A stretch of 63,027 nt of DNA, filler included, from Olpidium bornovanus S191 (lineage: Eukaryota > Fungi > Olpidiomycota), in assembly GCA_017911155.1 (NCBI GenBank). It is 31 parts of 31 records of this genome, joined end to end, with 100 filler letters (N's around TTAATTAATTAA, not from the genome) between each part and the next. Parts side by side here need not be neighbours in the genome. Positions count along the whole stretch, not along the records: positions 44,377 to 46,325 come from JAEFCI010003149.1; positions 46,426 to 48,886 come from JAEFCI010004404.1; positions 48,987 to 50,322 come from JAEFCI010010010.1; positions 50,423 to 54,961 come from JAEFCI010004860.1; positions 55,062 to 56,145 come from JAEFCI010003271.1; positions 56,246 to 57,756 come from JAEFCI010009829.1; positions 57,857 to 59,854 come from JAEFCI010004171.1; 24 more parts are not named here. The stretch is one strand, 5' to 3'. The translations under genes and the position numbers were made by a program. How positions within the stretch are numbered: the first letter of the stretch is position 1; the number at the start of each line of letters is the position of its first letter. The notes beneath the pieces were generated by a model. It had not been told where the DNA came from and searched no databases. It worked only from the letters and a program-made list of their open reading frames with translations. This document shows positions 45,242 to 59,399 of this stretch, in pieces.

Positions 45242-45439
45242 TTTGTGGAAGCGCGGGGCTTGTCCCGGTCAAAATCCCGAGCGGAGGCGCGCTACTCCCG
45301 GTCCGTTCCCCCGGGGGAGTACTCGACTGCAGGCCGCGAGCGTCGGTTTCGTCGAGTTCCGCAGCGTCCGGACAGCCCGCGCCAGGTGCGCTTTGCCCTG
45401 CGGGGCTTCCTTCGGGACCGCTATCACACAGCCGCCTCT

Positions 45440-45680
45440 CTCTCTCTCTCTCGCCCTCTCTCTTCTCGCGCCTGCAGGGGTGCCGGCCGACCTGCTCGCG
45501 GAAGCCGGACCGCGGAGGCCCTCTCTCTCAGTCTCCCTGCTCTCTCTCTCTTTCAGTCTCGCTCTCTCAGAAACGCTCTCTCTTTCTCTCTTTCTCTCTC
45601 TCTCGGCTGCCGCTCTTCCCCTTCTCTCTCTCTCTCTCTCTCTCTCTCGCTCTCTTTCTCACTCTCTTTCTCTCTCGTGT
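45440..45680 (+). repeat. (CT)n-rich microsatellite region upstream of U2AF1
   Basis: Multiple interrupted CTCTCT runs. Confidence 0.85.
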
Positions 45681-45812
45681 TCTGCGCGCCTCGCGGGCGG
45701 GCGGTTCGGAACCTCCTCTCGCCGGCGCACGCGCTTGGGGATGGGCGGGCGGGATGGATGGGGAGGACGGGGAAGCGGGCTGGGAGGTTTGGTTTTTCTT
45801 TCTGGCGGTTAT

Positions 45813-45847
<35 letters not shown>

Positions 45848-46425
45848 GGGGGGGCCCAAGGGGCGCAAAAAAACGGAAGAGGGGAAAAACCGACCCGCAG
45901 CGCGCCACGCACACACACGCGCGCACACCGTGTTGGATCCGCTGCATGTGCAGGCGATCCTTCAGAGGAGGAAGCAGAGGCTGGAGTTCCCTGTGTGCAC
46001 GCGCGTTTCGCAAAACAAGGGCAGCTGTTTGCTTTGCTTTGCTCGCTGTGCGTTCCGTTTGCGAACTTGGTAGGATCTCAGCCGTGTTTTGCTGTTTTGT
46101 GTGGGAATCTCTCGTGGATGTCCACTCCATCCCCTACACACCCTCTCGGCCCTCCGGCAAACGGCTCCGCGGGTGCCCGCTCGCGAGCGGAAACGCGCCG
46201 ACCGATCATGCGATCTACACAGAAATGTCCGGGATCTCTGCTCCGCCCTCCGGCCACCGGACCCGCCGTTTCCGAGCTCTGTTTCTTCCCGTTCCTTCCC
46301 AGGGCAAGGCACGGGGCGCCCGGCGNNNNNNNNNNNNNNNNNNNNNNNNNNNNNNNNNNNNNNNNNNNNTTAATTAATTAANNNNNNNNNNNNNNNNNNN
46401 NNNNNNNNNNNNNNNNNNNNNNNNN

Positions 46426-48668
<2,243 letters not shown>

Positions 48669-48986
48669 CCTGCTCGCGTCTGGGGCGGCTGGTCTTCGTC
48701 GCGGTGGGCGGGTTTTGGCGGGAGGAGGAAGGAGACAAAGGGGAGGGGGGGGGGGGGGGGGGGGGGACTGCGGCAAAGGGTTCCCTTGCGCCTCCCGCGC
48801 ACGTGTCCTGGGCCTCGACGTTTTCCGTCGAAAGCAATCTAGATAGCGTTTTCATTCTTGTCGAGCAGCATCGGAGTGACACGCAANNNNNNNNNNNNNN
48901 NNNNNNNNNNNNNNNNNNNNNNNNNNNNNNTTAATTAATTAANNNNNNNNNNNNNNNNNNNNNNNNNNNNNNNNNNNNNNNNNNNN

Positions 48987-50189
48987 CATGGGGTTACATA
49001 TCCGAAGCGACACCAGGACCTTGAACGTGATGTTCGACACCACTTTCACCGGAGGTCTACGCCGCGTTGCGACTTAATGCGAGGAAAGCCCCCGTGGGAC
49101 GCCCGAACCCAGCAAAACTCTGTCCTCGCGTAGTAACCCAATGCACCCGTCCGAAGCTTACTGGATCAGTTCCGGGAAGAACGAAGCGAACGAAAAGGTT
49201 TCGCTCCGGTCGCCGCGGGTCCCGTCCTGCATCCTGAAAAACCGGACGTAGACCCAGCTGGTCATTAGGCCCGAGGCGGCCATCACGACTCGCGGAAGCA
49301 ATCCGGTGAGAATCGCGAGGACGAGGTGAAGAGCGAGAAACGCGAAGGGGAAGTACTGCAATAAAAAGGAGCCTCAGCGTGGTCCGCAGGATCGCAGCAG
49401 AAACGCGCGTCCTTAACAAAGGTGCGGCGTCCCGCGGTCGCGAAAAATGCGGGCGCGCACAGGGGCGAGAAAAAGGGTCGGTCGTCACCTCACCTTCACG
49501 CGGACCGAAACGGCGCCCGCAAATAGCTTGACCGTGTGCTCCGGCACAAGATGCTTGAAGGCCACCGAGAATCCGCAAAGCACTGCGGTCATCCCGTTGG
49601 CCTGGACGCTGTACAGGTAGTCCGGGTTGTTCGTGCCGACGTACTCGAAAACGAAGAATAAAAAGGCGGCGAACATGGGCACAACGCCGGACACCGCGCA
49701 GAATAGGAGAAGCTCCCTCGAGCCCCAGACGCGTTCGAGGTACTTTCCGCATAGCAGCAGCGACACGACGCTGACGACGAGCTGCGGAGGCGAACGCAGA
49801 CGGCGTTTTATCAGTGGAGTACGCCCAGTAGGAGCGCTGCTTTAGGAAGTCGCAGTCGGCAGGTACAAGTCGGTCACCTACGCTCAAGACGTCCGTCTCC
49901 AGGAAGTTCGCCGTGACAAACGTCCAGAAGTACCATAGCGAGCTGCAGCCGGACGAGGTAATGTTACGTTCGGTCGACGAAGACGAACTTTCGGAAGCGA
50001 AGCAATCCAACTCTTGCTCCACCAAAGAGGGTTATCGGCCTCATCCAAGCTAGGCGATCACGGAAACGGCACAACGTGCCTTCCTGGAACGACCGCGATC
50101 ATCGGCAACACATCGGGCTCGTCCTGGGCCTCTTTTTCTGGCGATCGCGAATTTCTGAGATAGAACCCCAGCAGTGAGACCGCCGTGAC
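48987..50189 (-). CDS. TMEM115: TMEM115 / DUF1751 rhomboid-like Golgi membrane protein (partial, 5 exons seen)
   Basis: IAVVPGS|SLWYFWTFVTANFLE...|SLLLCGKYLERVWGSRELLLF...GMTAVLCGFSVAFKHLVPE...|SWVYVRFF..QDGTRGDRSETFSFASFFPELIQ|PPVKVVSN matches TMEM115 (WTL.T..L.E, G..LE..WG..E, SWVYLRF, RGD....FAFA.FFPE..QP). Confidence 0.93.
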
Positions 50190-50490
50190 CTGAAAGGGGT
50201 TTTGAATCGGAGACCCGTCGTCCGCAGGATCAGGGAAGAGCAAAGTGTCGAGTATCGGAACTCCCGAACCCTCGATCTAGCCGGCCGCGGACTCGAACTC
50301 GAGGGGGGGGGGGGGGGGGGGGNNNNNNNNNNNNNNNNNNNNNNNNNNNNNNNNNNNNNNNNNNNNTTAATTAATTAANNNNNNNNNNNNNNNNNNNNNN
50401 NNNNNNNNNNNNNNNNNNNNNNGCTTTTGCGGTCTGCCGATCGGCGGTGACAGGGGCGCTCATTATCACGCTGCCCTGATCAGTGATCAG

Positions 50491-51134
50491 AGTATATGAT
50501 AGAGGGCCGGACCCAGTGACGTCGGAACCGAAACTCCTGCATGCGCTCAAGGGCCACAAAAACCGAAATTGGCCGATCAAGAGTTCGTTTTTCAACGGCG
50601 TAGACTGTATGTCGCAATCCACGCGACCCCCCCCCCTCTCTCTCTCTCCCTTGCTTAATCATGCCGGAGCCACGTGCCTGACGTCAGAAAGCAATCTGCG
50701 CGCGCCACCAACGTTCGAACGCAGACGGCCTGCGACGGTCCAACTCGCACGAGGACGTGTACGGCGTGGCTGCCGAAATCGCCGAGCAGGTCGCGGATAA
50801 CATCCTGGAGAGCAGCGCAAGCGCGGCTGGCCTGGGCGGGAGCGGGAACGGCGCCCTTGGCGCGGGCGGCGGGCCCGGCGCGAACAGCGGCAGCAAGTAC
50901 CCGCTGGACAGTTCCGTCCTGCTCGCCACCGGCTCGGCGGAACCGTACGCGTACGTGTACAACGCCGGATCGTGCGACGGCAACTCGGCGGCCGAGCTGG
51001 TGCAGCGGCTCGAAGGTCACACCGACCGCGTGTACGCCGTCTCGTTCCACCCGTTCGAACCCATCCTGGCCACCTGCTCGGCCGACTTCTCGATACGAAT
51101 ATGGAGCCCCAGCAGGCGAGTCAAGAAAAAGTGA
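50491..51134 (+). CDS. WD40-repeat protein, C-terminal exons (50491-50606, 50725-51134)
   Basis: LLHALKGHKNRNWPIKSSFFNGVD|YGL...SVLLATGSAEPYAYVYN...LVQRLEGHTDRVYAVSFHPFEPILATCSADFSIRIWSP. Two GH...W[D/S] blades; the intron is phase-consistent. Confidence 0.9.
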
Positions 51135-52839
51135 AAGACGGGGACCGATCGCCCCTGGCGCCCCCCCACCTTCCCCCCCTTTCCCCCACACCTTATTTCC
51201 CCCTTTTCTCTCTCTCCTCCGTGTTCTCTCGCCCGTGACGTGTAGGGTTAGTAAAACGGTCGCAAGATCAGGGTGACCACTTTAGCCAGGGGGTGGGGGG
51301 GGGGGGGGGGCGGCGGGTGAGGGAGAGGGAGACGGCATTTTCTGGCGCTCGCGTGCGGGCGTTGTTCTCTTCGTTTGCGGTCGTTGCGGTTCGCCCCCCG
51401 CCAAAGAAGCCACCCGGCTCTCGACCCACCTCCCCAGTACCTGCATTTTTTTCCACTTTGGGGAGGTTAAAAAATTTCGGCGTTTTTGCCTTAAATGCTT
51501 TCAGGAATCTGCCGACGCCCTCAGCCCCCTCCGTTTCCACCATGTCGGACTCGGCCTTGCGTTCCGCGAAAGATAAAAAAAAAGGGGCCGGAGCATGACA
51601 ACGCTTTTGTTTCCCTCATGCAACACACGCACGAGCTCTCCATCTTCCCCCCTCCCCCCTTTTTCGGGGGAAGGGGATAAAGGGAGGGCGGAGGGAGGGG
51701 GGACGTCAGGTAGGGAGGCGAAGGCGCACCCGAAGGGTGGCGATGAACCGTTCGGTGGGCTCGGCGGGTCACATGGTCGAACCCCCGGCCAGTTCTCCTC
51801 GGCCCGCCGATTTTCTTCTTTTTCTTTTGCAGTTTTTCTCTCTCGCTTCCTATGCAAAAAAAAAAAAAAAAAAAAAAAACGGGCTTTCGCACGCCCGCCG
51901 AGACTCTCGTCGTCAGCCCCCGCCCCGCTTCCCCTCCTCACGCGCACGAGGAAAAGCTGGATGTGAGAAACGCGAAACCGGCATAAAGAAAAAATGGAAA
52001 AAAAAAGCCCGAAAAAGAATATTTTCCCGTCGTCATTTTAAACCGGCGCAAACAAGTCGGTTCGGCATTTGCTGTTGGGTGAAGAAGCGGGATTGGGATC
52101 TGGTTGGGAAGACAGGCCGTTTTTTTTTTTTTTTTTTTCTTTGGTCCAACGCGGACGGGTCGTCGACTCGATGCGCAAAGGGTTGCCAGGCGGGTGGGCC
52201 GTGCGGAAATTTGAGATTTTTTTCCCCCTTTTGCCGTCCCCCCCCGGCCCCTCCGAGTGCGAAAGGCTACCGCGTCGAAAAAACGGCGACGAAAATTTTT
52301 CGGCGCCTCTCCACGCAAAAGAAGGGTTCTCTCGAACGCGCGCGTTTCCCGCAGTCCTGTCGGAACTTTTTTTTGCCTCTATCTCCCCACGCCCCCAACC
52401 CTCCCGCCCCGCCGGTGGCCGTCTGGCGCGCCGCCGCGCCCCCCAGCGCGCGCTTTTTTTTTTTTTTTTCCCCACCGCGCAAGGCATTATCAACGCGCCG
52501 GACGACGTGGTCGGCTTTTTCGCCCGCAGCCGGCTCCCCGGCAGACGAACAGTTGTGGCCGGAAATTTGGGTGCATTAGTCTACCACGGACAAGTCTGCT
52601 TTTCGATTTGCCTCGTCCTCCTCGTGCGGTGTCTTCTCTGAACGTCCCGGGGTGCAAATGCCCGCAAAATGGCGTTGGCGAGAAGCAGGGAGGGGCGCGG
52701 GGGGAGGGGGGGGGAGAGGTGGGAAGCGCTTTCGCGGTCACTGCAGGCACCTGAATTCCGCAACCCACCTTCCGCCGCCGCCACACTGGAAAAAAAAAAG
52801 CACGGGTTGCCGCAGGCGGTCGCAAAAACGAAAACGCAC

Positions 52840-53436
52840 CGTGGCTTCCAGATTAAACTCCCACGCGTGGTTATTCTTGTAGCGCCTCCTCCAGATGGCC
52901 GAGAAGTACTCGCGGTTGGCCATCTTTGCCGCGACCTCGTTGCGAATCTCCTCGAGGCTCCTGACGCGGTGCCCGACGGCGCGCAGGAACGCGGCGCGGC
53001 GGATGTCCGCGTCGGGAAAGCCGGGCGGGAGGGCGCCGCCGGCGCGGAGGACGGCCTCCTCGGTTTCCCGGTACAGGTCGCGGACGCCGCCCTCCGCGGG
53101 CAGCTCCACGTCCAGCGGGTCGCGCACCGGGTCCGGCTTCAGCTCGTAGTACTCGGCCGGCGGCTCGAAAAACTTGAGCGGCGGCAGGGTCGCCCCGTTG
53201 AACGTGACCGGCTTCTCGACGAACAGGTACGGCTTGTTGGCGCGGGCGCCCGCCGCCGCGAACGCCGAGAACCGGCGCCGGCGCGGGGCCAAAGGCGCCG
53301 CCGGTCGCGCGAGAGGAGGAGAAGGAGCGCCCGCGCCCGCGGCGGCGTCCCGGCGGCCGGCGCCGGCGCCCGGCGCGAGTAGCGCGGCCGCACGGCCGGG
53401 CCTGGCGGGGAAAGCGAACAGGGCGCGGAGGGTCAT
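52840..53436 (-). CDS. Unidentified, probably mitochondria-targeted protein, first exon
   Basis: ATG 53436, then an Arg/Ala-rich acid-free presequence (MTLRALFAFPARPGRAAALL...RRRRFSAFAA), a globular-looking region ending IWRRRYKNNHAWEFNLEAT|gtgcgt. 199 codons, phase 0. Confidence 0.6.
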
Positions 53437-54540
53437 ATTTGGGGTGGCCCCGTGGCGGCGTGGCGGGGGGGAGGCGGCCCGCGCGGAATCGAACGTTTTG
53501 GGTGGATATTTTTTGCCAGTGGGCAAGTCACGTGACGGCCTCGATCCCCGTCCGGACGGAAAAAAGTCCGGAAACGGCCCATTTTTGAGACGACAGCAGG
53601 CAACCGTTGGCTCTCTTCTGCCTGACAGACGGCGGCGCCGGCAATGCGACGGCGGTGCTTCTGACCGGCGGTCTCCCCCCCCCCCCCCCCCCCGCCCCCC
53701 CCCCCCCCCCCCCCCCGTGCATCGCAGCTCAGGCAAAAGCACTAGGCTTCCTGCCTGCTTGGAACAACAAAAATAAAAAAAGAAAATTGTCCTCCCCTAC
53801 GGCTGCACGGCCGGTTGATCATCAATCGACCAAAAAAAAAAAGTTGCAGTTGCGTGGATTGTGCGACATGGGTGGTTTTTCCGTTACGAGCGTGCGTCTC
53901 GATGATGCAGGTGAAAAAGAAAAAAATAAAAGAAAAAAAGAGGGAAGATTCGCCCAATATGCCACGTAGAAGAAAAATTGGGAACTGCGCGAATCCGGCG
54001 GCGGGAAGGGGGGGATCGGGTGGGGGGGCGGGGGGGAAAAAGGTGGGGGAGAGGAAGAGGAGGCAGGGGAAGAGAGGAGGGGGGCCGCGCCGGTTATGCG
54101 TCGCAGTTAGGTTAGTTGCGTGTAGGCGGTTTTGAAGTATGGGTGGATACCGAGGTTTTCCGGGAAGGCGAGGAAAAGGCGACGTCTTTTTGGTAGGCGA
54201 GGAACGGCGCCGCGGAAACGCCGTCTCGCAAGTCTGACGCGCTCCGCAGCGGGATCGAAAGCAAACAGAAACCCGGGCGTCCCGGTTCCACTCCCTCCGT
54301 CCGCCAAAACGCGGGCGCGGTCGCGACCCCCCTTGGACACGAAACCGTTTGTGGGCGGGCACCCCGTTTTTGAAAACGGCGGGTCGGGGCGAGGGCCGGT
54401 CAGATGCGCGAGCAAAGAAAACGTCCGGTCAGTTCCCCGCGGTTCAGTCGGTAAGCTTTTTGAACGGCTTTTCTTTTGCCCCTTCCCCCCCCCCCCGTTA
54501 CGTGGCATTCACACGGGCTCTTCGGCGTACTTTTTGGATA

Positions 54541-54903
54541 TCAGCATTTTTCTGTTTTCTCCTCTTTCACGGCGAGGTCGCTGAGCAACATTCTGAACGG
54601 CGTGTTGTAGCGACGAGCAAGTTCCCGGATGTCGTAGGCCGCCATCGCCAACCACAGCAGGGCGGCGAAAACGGCGGTGGCCAGCGTGCCGTACTCGAGG
54701 AGGTCCAGCTTCGTGATCCCGGCGGCGTCGACGAAGCCGCCGAAGGCCCACCGGACGCAGACGAGAAAGGCCGTGTAAGCCGCCATGACCACAAAAAACG
54801 GCGAGATCATCACGGGGAACCGGTGCAGCAGGTGCGCGGACATGAGCTCGTCCGTGATCCCGCAGAGCGCGGTCCCGACGAGGAGGCCGTAAAGGACGTT
54901 GAT
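54541..54903 (-). CDS. Unidentified multi-pass membrane protein, last exon
   Basis: INVLYGLLVGTALCGITDE...PVMISPFFVVMAAYTAFLVCVRWAFG...LLEYGTLATAVFAALLWLAM...KTEKC*. Three hydrophobic segments. Confidence 0.65.
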   Translation of the reverse strand: MNVLYGLLVGTALCGITDELMSAHLLHRFPVMISPFFVVMAAYTAFLVCVRWAFGGFVDAAGITKLDLLEYGTLATAVFAALLWLAMAAYDIRELARRYNTPFRMLLSDLAVKEEKTEKC

Positions 54904-55741
54904 CTGGATGCGCTGGTCGTCCGCCACGGGGAGGGCGGGGACCGGCGCAAAATCGGCCGACNNNNNNNNNNNNNNNNNNNNNNNNNNNNNNNNNNNNNNN
55001 NNNNNTTAATTAATTAANNNNNNNNNNNNNNNNNNNNNNNNNNNNNNNNNNNNNNNNNNNNACCGCAGGGGGTTGGGGTGGGTCGCGGGGGCCGCCGGAG
55101 GCCGCCTCCGCACGAGGGAAGCCGGACGCGCGGCGCTGCTATCTCCCGCGCGGTTCCAGGGGAAGCGGGCGAAGGCGCATGGACCGGCACATCTGACACC
55201 AGCTCGCAGAGGGTGCTTCGTCGTGAATTTCTGTTTTTTTTCCATTATCGGGAATTCCCCAGGTCGCAGGGGGAAAAATAAAGAAAAAGAAAATAAAAAA
55301 GAAGAGGTTTGCGGGTGCCTCGTCTTTTGTTTTGTGTTCTCCGCTGTTTCCTTCTTTTCTTTTTTTTTGATTTTTCCCTCGAAACCTCGCTGTCTCTCCG
55401 CAACGCGCAGGGACCCCTGGTTTGCTCGGAAGATTTAAATTCCACCCTTCCCCCCCACACACACACCCCCGTCCCCTCGTGGTTTTGAGGTTTTCCAATG
55501 TCTTTTTTTTTCATCCCCCTTTTCCGTTTTCCCCTTTTTTTTTTTTTTTTTTTTTTCCTCTGTCGCTTGCTGCCGGTGTCTCGCCCGCTCTCTCTCTCTC
55601 ATTTATGTAAACGCTGTCGATGAAACAAGGCCAGGCCGGGAGGCGTGTACGTGCGAGCGCGCGTGCGCGTGGCGGGAGCGGGGTCGCGAACAGAAATACG
55701 GCCAGCCGCGCGCGTGCGCACGCAGAAGCAGCAATCCGGGG

Positions 55742-55782
<41 letters not shown>

Positions 55783-56096
55783 CGGCGGGAGAGGAGCTGC
55801 GGATGGCGGCAGGGCAGCGGCGTGAAAACGCGACAGCCGCGGGGTTTTGGGGGGGATCGAGAGAAAAGCTGACGGGCCCGAGGGGTTTTACTTTCGTTTA
55901 ATTTTTTTTTGTTTTGTTTTTTTGCTTTGTTTTGATTTCATTTTGTTTTGCGCTTTGGTTTTTTATTCTCGTTCTATTTTTTTTTTTTTTCGTTTTGCTT
56001 TGTTTTCTTCTTCTTTGCTTTGATTTTATTTTCGTTTTGGTGTTTTGTCTTTTTTTTTGGTTTTTCTATTTCTTTTTATTTGTTTAACTTTTTTTT

Positions 56097-56133
<37 letters not shown>

Positions 56134-56245
56134 GGGCGCGGGAAGNNNNNNNNNNNNNNNNNNNNNNNNNNNNNNNNNNNNNNNNNNNNTTAATTAATTA
56201 ANNNNNNNNNNNNNNNNNNNNNNNNNNNNNNNNNNNNNNNNNNNN

Positions 56246-56770
56246 CATGATAAGTGATATGCAGATGGCAAATTTAATAAATAATATACAATTTTTATTG
56301 GCTAGATACTTTATACTTTATATAAAATAATTTGTATATTATGTCGCGTAAAGCAGGATTTAGCAGTGGTTGCTTTGAACAAACCCTAGAGTTGTGCTCC
56401 AATTTACATTATACTGCACAAACATTTGTATACATTAAATAATATACAGATAACATCAATATGATAAAAAATATATAATCCCTATGTGCTAGATACTATA
56501 TATTTCATATGAGTAATCTGTATATTATGTCGTGTGAAGCAACTTTTAAATGTTTGCATTGAGCCAACCCTTTGATTATGCTTCTGTATACATTATACTG
56601 CACAAACATCTGTAAACAATAAACAAAATAACATGTTAATGATAAAAAATGTATAATCCCTATATTTTAGATATTTGACTGTTTAAATGATTAATCCTTT
56701 TTATTTTGTCGTGTGCGGCAACATTGAAGCGTTTGCATTAAACAAAACTATCAATTGTGCTGCGCGTTAT
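56246..56770. repeat. AT-rich diverged tandem satellite, unit ~180-187 bp, ~3 copies
   Basis: Units start GCTAGATACT (56301), GCTAGATACT (56488) and TTTAGATATT (56666). Shared blocks: TATATTATGTCG, TTGCATT, ACATTATACTGCACAAACAT, ATGATAAAAAAT.TATAATCCCTAT. Confidence 0.88.
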
Positions 56771-57719
56771 GTATCCAATATTTAATATACTACCTAAATA
56801 TTTGTACCCAATATATAATAAATAATACATACAACCGTTATTACATAACATACGTAATCCAAATGGAATAAATCGGCGACCGGGTAAGTAGGTCTGGATC
56901 GTAGGCCTGGATCGTCGCCCGGATCGTATTCGCGCTGTACCCGAGACCTACAATTTCGAAATCTGAAATCCGACACCTGAAATAAGACATTTTTCCGGTG
57001 AACCGACGACCTGCATCGATGGAAGGGACGGAGACGTTCCGCGATGCTTGCCGTGGAATGAAATCCCCCATCTGAATCTATGGACCGCGAGCTGACGCCC
57101 GACACACCGAAATAATCGCAAGTCGGTGGCAAGCCCGCACAGAGCCGCGAAGCCGCCCAAGAACTGCGCTGACTTGCTGTCTCGTAAGGGAATTTCTGCT
57201 GGTATGGCGGAACCCACCGTTGTGCCTAAAACATCGACTGTAAATCGTGACAAAATGTGTACGGTTTTTTTTGTCAAATAAGCAAAACATTAAGAAATTT
57301 TGTTGCCGTGAGGCAGAGCGGCGGTCGACTTCAAAATAGCTGGGGCGAAAAGCTCCGTGCATCTTTTTGATGCATTCAGCTGTTTCGAGCGCAGCGCGCT
57401 AGAAGTCGCTCTTTCCTGGACAGGTGCTGGAGTGACATTCCATTGATATCAGTCGCGGTTAACCGAATAAAACAAAAAAGGCTTTAGATCCCCTTTTTAG
57501 TTTTTTTTCGGGCCGCCCCGGGCTTACCGCTTCCGCCGTTCCCTGGGTCTCTTTGCCTCTTTCGCGCCCGGCTGCGGGCCTGCCTGGTCGGAGCGTCTTG
57601 CGGGGGTGGGGGTGTGGCCGACAGAGGGCGGCCGGGTGCGGTGTGCGGGGAAGGGGTCGGGGGCGGTGAGGAGGAAAGTTGGGGAGAGAAATTCGGGGTG
57701 GGGAACGGCGGTGTGGGGG

Positions 57720-57756
57720 TGTGAGAGGGGGCTGTGAGAGGGGGTTGTGAGAGGGG
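57720..57756 (+). repeat. 13-bp G-rich tandem repeat (TGTGAGAGGGGG[C/T]) x3 at the contig end
   Basis: Three consecutive copies running into the gap. Confidence 0.8.
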
Positions 57757-58797
57757 NNNNNNNNNNNNNNNNNNNNNNNNNNNNNNNNNNNNNNNNNNNN
57801 TTAATTAATTAANNNNNNNNNNNNNNNNNNNNNNNNNNNNNNNNNNNNNNNNNNNNCATGCGAAAAAGCCCATCTTATCAACCCGTGCGCATTTTGCCTG
57901 TTCTTGCTTGGCAATGTCAGCCCAGCTCATCGGCAATGCCTTGGAACGTCTGCCGGCCGCCTCTCTCTGTGATAATAACAGAGTTACCGCCAGGGACAAA
58001 ACAAAGTGATTCCACACAGAAACGTAAAAATGTAAGCAAACCTCTTGGGGAAGGGGGAAAAACATCTCTCTGCTTTCTTTCTCTCTCTCTCTCTTCTTTT
58101 GCACGCGGCGGGAAAAACCGCGCTGTATAGGGACACACACGGCGGGAGAAGGGGAGAGGGGGGAAGAGCGGGGCGCGGCGACGTTTAACCGACGCTGAGC
58201 AAAAAGCGCTCCAGGTCGGACCGTTCAAAAAACTCCGGGCAAACAAAAAAATTCCTGCGACGGTCGAACGGCAGCGCAACTGGTAAATTTTGGCAAATAC
58301 CGTGAAACCCACCGCCCGCCGGAGGTGGGGGGTGGGGTTCGCGGAGCGGGTTCTTCGCGCGCGGCAGTCTAAGTCTGCGGTGTGAGCAGAGCAGACATGT
58401 TGGGCGGCACGGCGTGCGAAAGTGATCTATCCCAACGGGCAAATTGTCGCGAAAGGCGCGGGGCTGGGGGAGTGGTGGTGGTGGTGGTGGTGGGGGGGGG
58501 GGCCTGTTGCTCCACGGCACCGCGGCATGGTTGAGGAAGATTTGCCCAGGTAGTCTAGTCAGAAGGCCCGCAGAACGCCGATTTCGCCACGTCTGCGGCC
58601 GCACCGTGCCGGAAGCTCCGACGCCTTCGACAGCAGGTGCACCTCTCCCCCCCCCGCCCATCTTTTTTCCCGTTCCAAAAAAAAGAGCCGCCTTGATGCC
58701 ACCCGCCTCGGACGCTCCGGCACGGGGATTTTGTAGCGATCGGAAGCTCACCGGCTTCTTCGGGTTGCCGGTGACCTTGGGCCGCCGCCGTCCGCAA

Positions 58798-59243
58798 TTA
58801 CGTGTCGTAATGGCCACCGGAGGAGACGGCTTTCCTCCGGAGCAGGAAATAGTCCTTGATGAACTGCGAGCGGCGGGAGGCGTCCCACGCTTTGGCGGCA
58901 CCGCGGAGCCTGCAAAAACGGGGCCGGGTCGGCAAATCACGCGGCGCCTGGTTAAAACCCCTCGCATCCCCCCCACACACACACCAAAGTCCCGCAACCC
59001 GGGCCCGTACCAGTCCTTTTCCGTCACTTGCGCCCTTGACGGCCCGGCGTTCCTCGGCGTGGAAAAGACCAGGTCCCGGAGGTGCCGGACAAGGTGTTCC
59101 GGAGCGTCATCGTCGTCGTCGTCGTCGTCCCGGACAACGCCGGGCACCTGCGCGCCGGATTGCAAGCTCTCCTCGTACGGGAGCACGAAAAGGTTCGGAG
59201 GCGGTCCGTCCGTCCACTCCCCGACCCCTTCGAAACCCGCCAT
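58798..59243 (-). CDS. Possible small spliced hypothetical protein
   Basis: MAGFEGVGEWTDGPPPNLFVLPYEESL...EHLVRHLRDLVF...WYGPGLRDFG could splice to LRGAAKAWDASRRSQFIKDYFLLRRK...YDT*. The donor choice is ambiguous and no family was recognised. Confidence 0.3.
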
Positions 59244-59306
59244 GCTGGCTCCCCCTGGAGTGAACCGCGCGCCTGATGAGGCGATGCGGGACGGAAGACT
59301 TCCGCG

Positions 59307-59339
<33 letters not shown>

Positions 59340-59399
59340 ACTGCCCCCGCACCTCCCCCCGCACCCCCCCGCACGCAAGAGCTCGGAACCCCGCGTGGT

